From Leptogorgia sarmentosa (taxonomy: Eukaryota), in assembly GCA_964658305.1 (NCBI GenBank), contig OZ210885.1, forward strand, positions 22,630,001 through 22,694,000: 64,000 bases of DNA, read 5' to 3'. The position numbers and the translations under genes were made by a program. This document shows positions 62,390 to 64,000 of the stretch, one piece after another. Every line of letters begins with the position of its first letter. Position 1 is the first letter of the stretch. The notes below the pieces were generated by a model that worked only from the letters and a program-made list of their open reading frames with translations, ran no database searches and was not told the origin of the DNA.

Positions 62390-62913
62390 TCAAATGAGTA
62401 ATAACACATTTTTCGGATGATATTATCGATGGCAGACCGGGCATTGATCGGTTTATATCGGATCATGCCGCTGTTGTCTGTCATCTTGCAGGTCCAACGT
62501 CATTGAAATCGTATCGGAAAATAACTTATAGGAAGTTGAAGTCTGTGGACCGCGATGTTCTCAGGGAGGATCTGGCAGCTACATCACTGTGTACCTCCCG
62601 TTATTGTGAGACGGAATATCGGCGAGACGAGAACAGCATTGATGCTTTGGCACATGAATACTACTTAACTCTCAAGAAATTGACTGATCGACATGCTCCA
62701 CTAAAGACAAAGGTGCTTCGGGCGAGACCATCTGCTCCTTGGTATAATGCGGATATTAATGCAGCTAAGAGACGATGTAGGAAGGCTGAAAGGGTGTGGC
62801 GGAAAAGCAAATCACTGGCTGACTTTACTGAGTTTAAGTCTTCTAGAAATCGTGTGACTTATTTAATAAACAAAGCAAAGAAAACATATTACACTGACTT
62901 GATTGCGGATTAA
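62390..62913 (+). pseudogene. L2/CR1-group LINE ORF2 fragment (end of APE plus linker)
   Basis: FISDHAAVVC, ITYRKLKSVD, DRHAPLK, APWY, RKAERVWRK. Confidence 0.85.
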
Positions 62914-64000
62914 TTTCTGCATAATTGGATATTTGCATTAATTACCAATGCAAATTGAAGCTAATTCCCAAAGGTCCGTAATTACGCGAAGAAATTGCGG
63001 AAAATCCAGTTTTCGGACATCGCACATTCGTCTCGGCGTGCACCAAATTTCTCAAAACTTGAATAGCTTGTATATCGTACTCCATATTTTCATCCGATTA
63101 ATTCAAATTGTGTGAAGAAAATGTCCCAATTTCTCTTGATGTGCGAAACTCCGTAGTGTACCGATGTCCTTTCAATTTTTAAGCAAAAATTATCCAGTTG
63201 TAACGTTATACTATTGTTCATCATTGTTTGCAGCTATTCGTATGGATAAGAAATTTAACTGGGGAAGTAATGTAATCTAAGATGCCTCGAGTTATAGTAC
63301 ACAATGCCGCAAAGCCCCTCCGGAATTTGGATTTTTGCGAAAATTGCAACTCAGCACGTGTTCGTGGGATGAAATATTTGTGTAATACAATATGGCGGAC
63401 GCTAAGGAGTGCGACATTGAATCAGTAATGTGGCCAAGTTTCAACAATGTTTGAACATTTTGCCAAAGCGGTTAAAATGTTATTTGAATATCTGCAATCT
63501 AGAAAACAAGTATGGGTTGTCATGAACAAAAATGGCCATAGCCCATACTATCAACTGCTGCCGTGGATATTATAAATGTGCAAACATTTTTTAGTTTGCC
63601 GTCTTTGCCTTGAGGGTACACTTAATGCAGTAACACAGTAAACTCGTCGCAACAAGAAAACCATAATTTTAAATCTTATTTAGTTCATACGATTGATATA
63701 TAATGGTCGATATATTCGCTTCACACATTTATTTGAACGTGTTTGTTTCCATTTGTTCTCGCCATAGTCGTTTTATTATTATACTGTGAGGGTCAAGAGG
63801 GTCAGAGGTCAGAGATTCAACAAAATAATGTCGAGCACGCGAAATTTGAACGTGCGGATTTCCTTTTTTGGCTATAAAATCTTTTAAATTATTTTATTAT
63901 ACTACATCAAGCTTTTCTTTGAGCTGATGTTACATGGAATGATTTTTAACGGCAATTCAACAACACAACAGGGCCGAACAGGCCGCCAAGCGACATTAGC

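Overview
Eukaryotic, AT-rich, intron-bearing DNA, probably from an invertebrate animal (the TE repertoire suggests a cnidarian; inference only). It consists almost entirely of nested transposable elements. 1-13611 is a decayed AcademX whose terminal repeat is interrupted by an AcademH remnant. That remnant holds a foldback MITE, into which a hAT (carrying a minisatellite and a MITE) and a full DIRS1-type retroelement (solo LTR in gag) have inserted. 14023-42424 is a TTAA-flanked Sola3-like element with three same-strand genes: a small HTH gene, a Sola3 transposase, and an unusual P-element/THAP9-like transposase with NHL beta-propeller and SAP-like insertions. A CR1/L2-type LINE sits inside it and is itself split by a two-gene Kolobok and a BEL/Pao LTR element. 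Next come a Nal1/Ssy5-like serine-protease pseudogene exon (42.8-44.5 kb) and an apparently intact 7-exon AcademX with TIRs and TSD (45769-52461). The end of the window holds degraded tyrosine recombinase, HECT-ligase and IS3EU-like integrase fragments, a Penelope-like element with a hammerhead motif, and an L2 fragment. No rRNA, tRNA, CRISPR or clearly intact host gene was found. Family names come from motif recognition by eye, not database searches.
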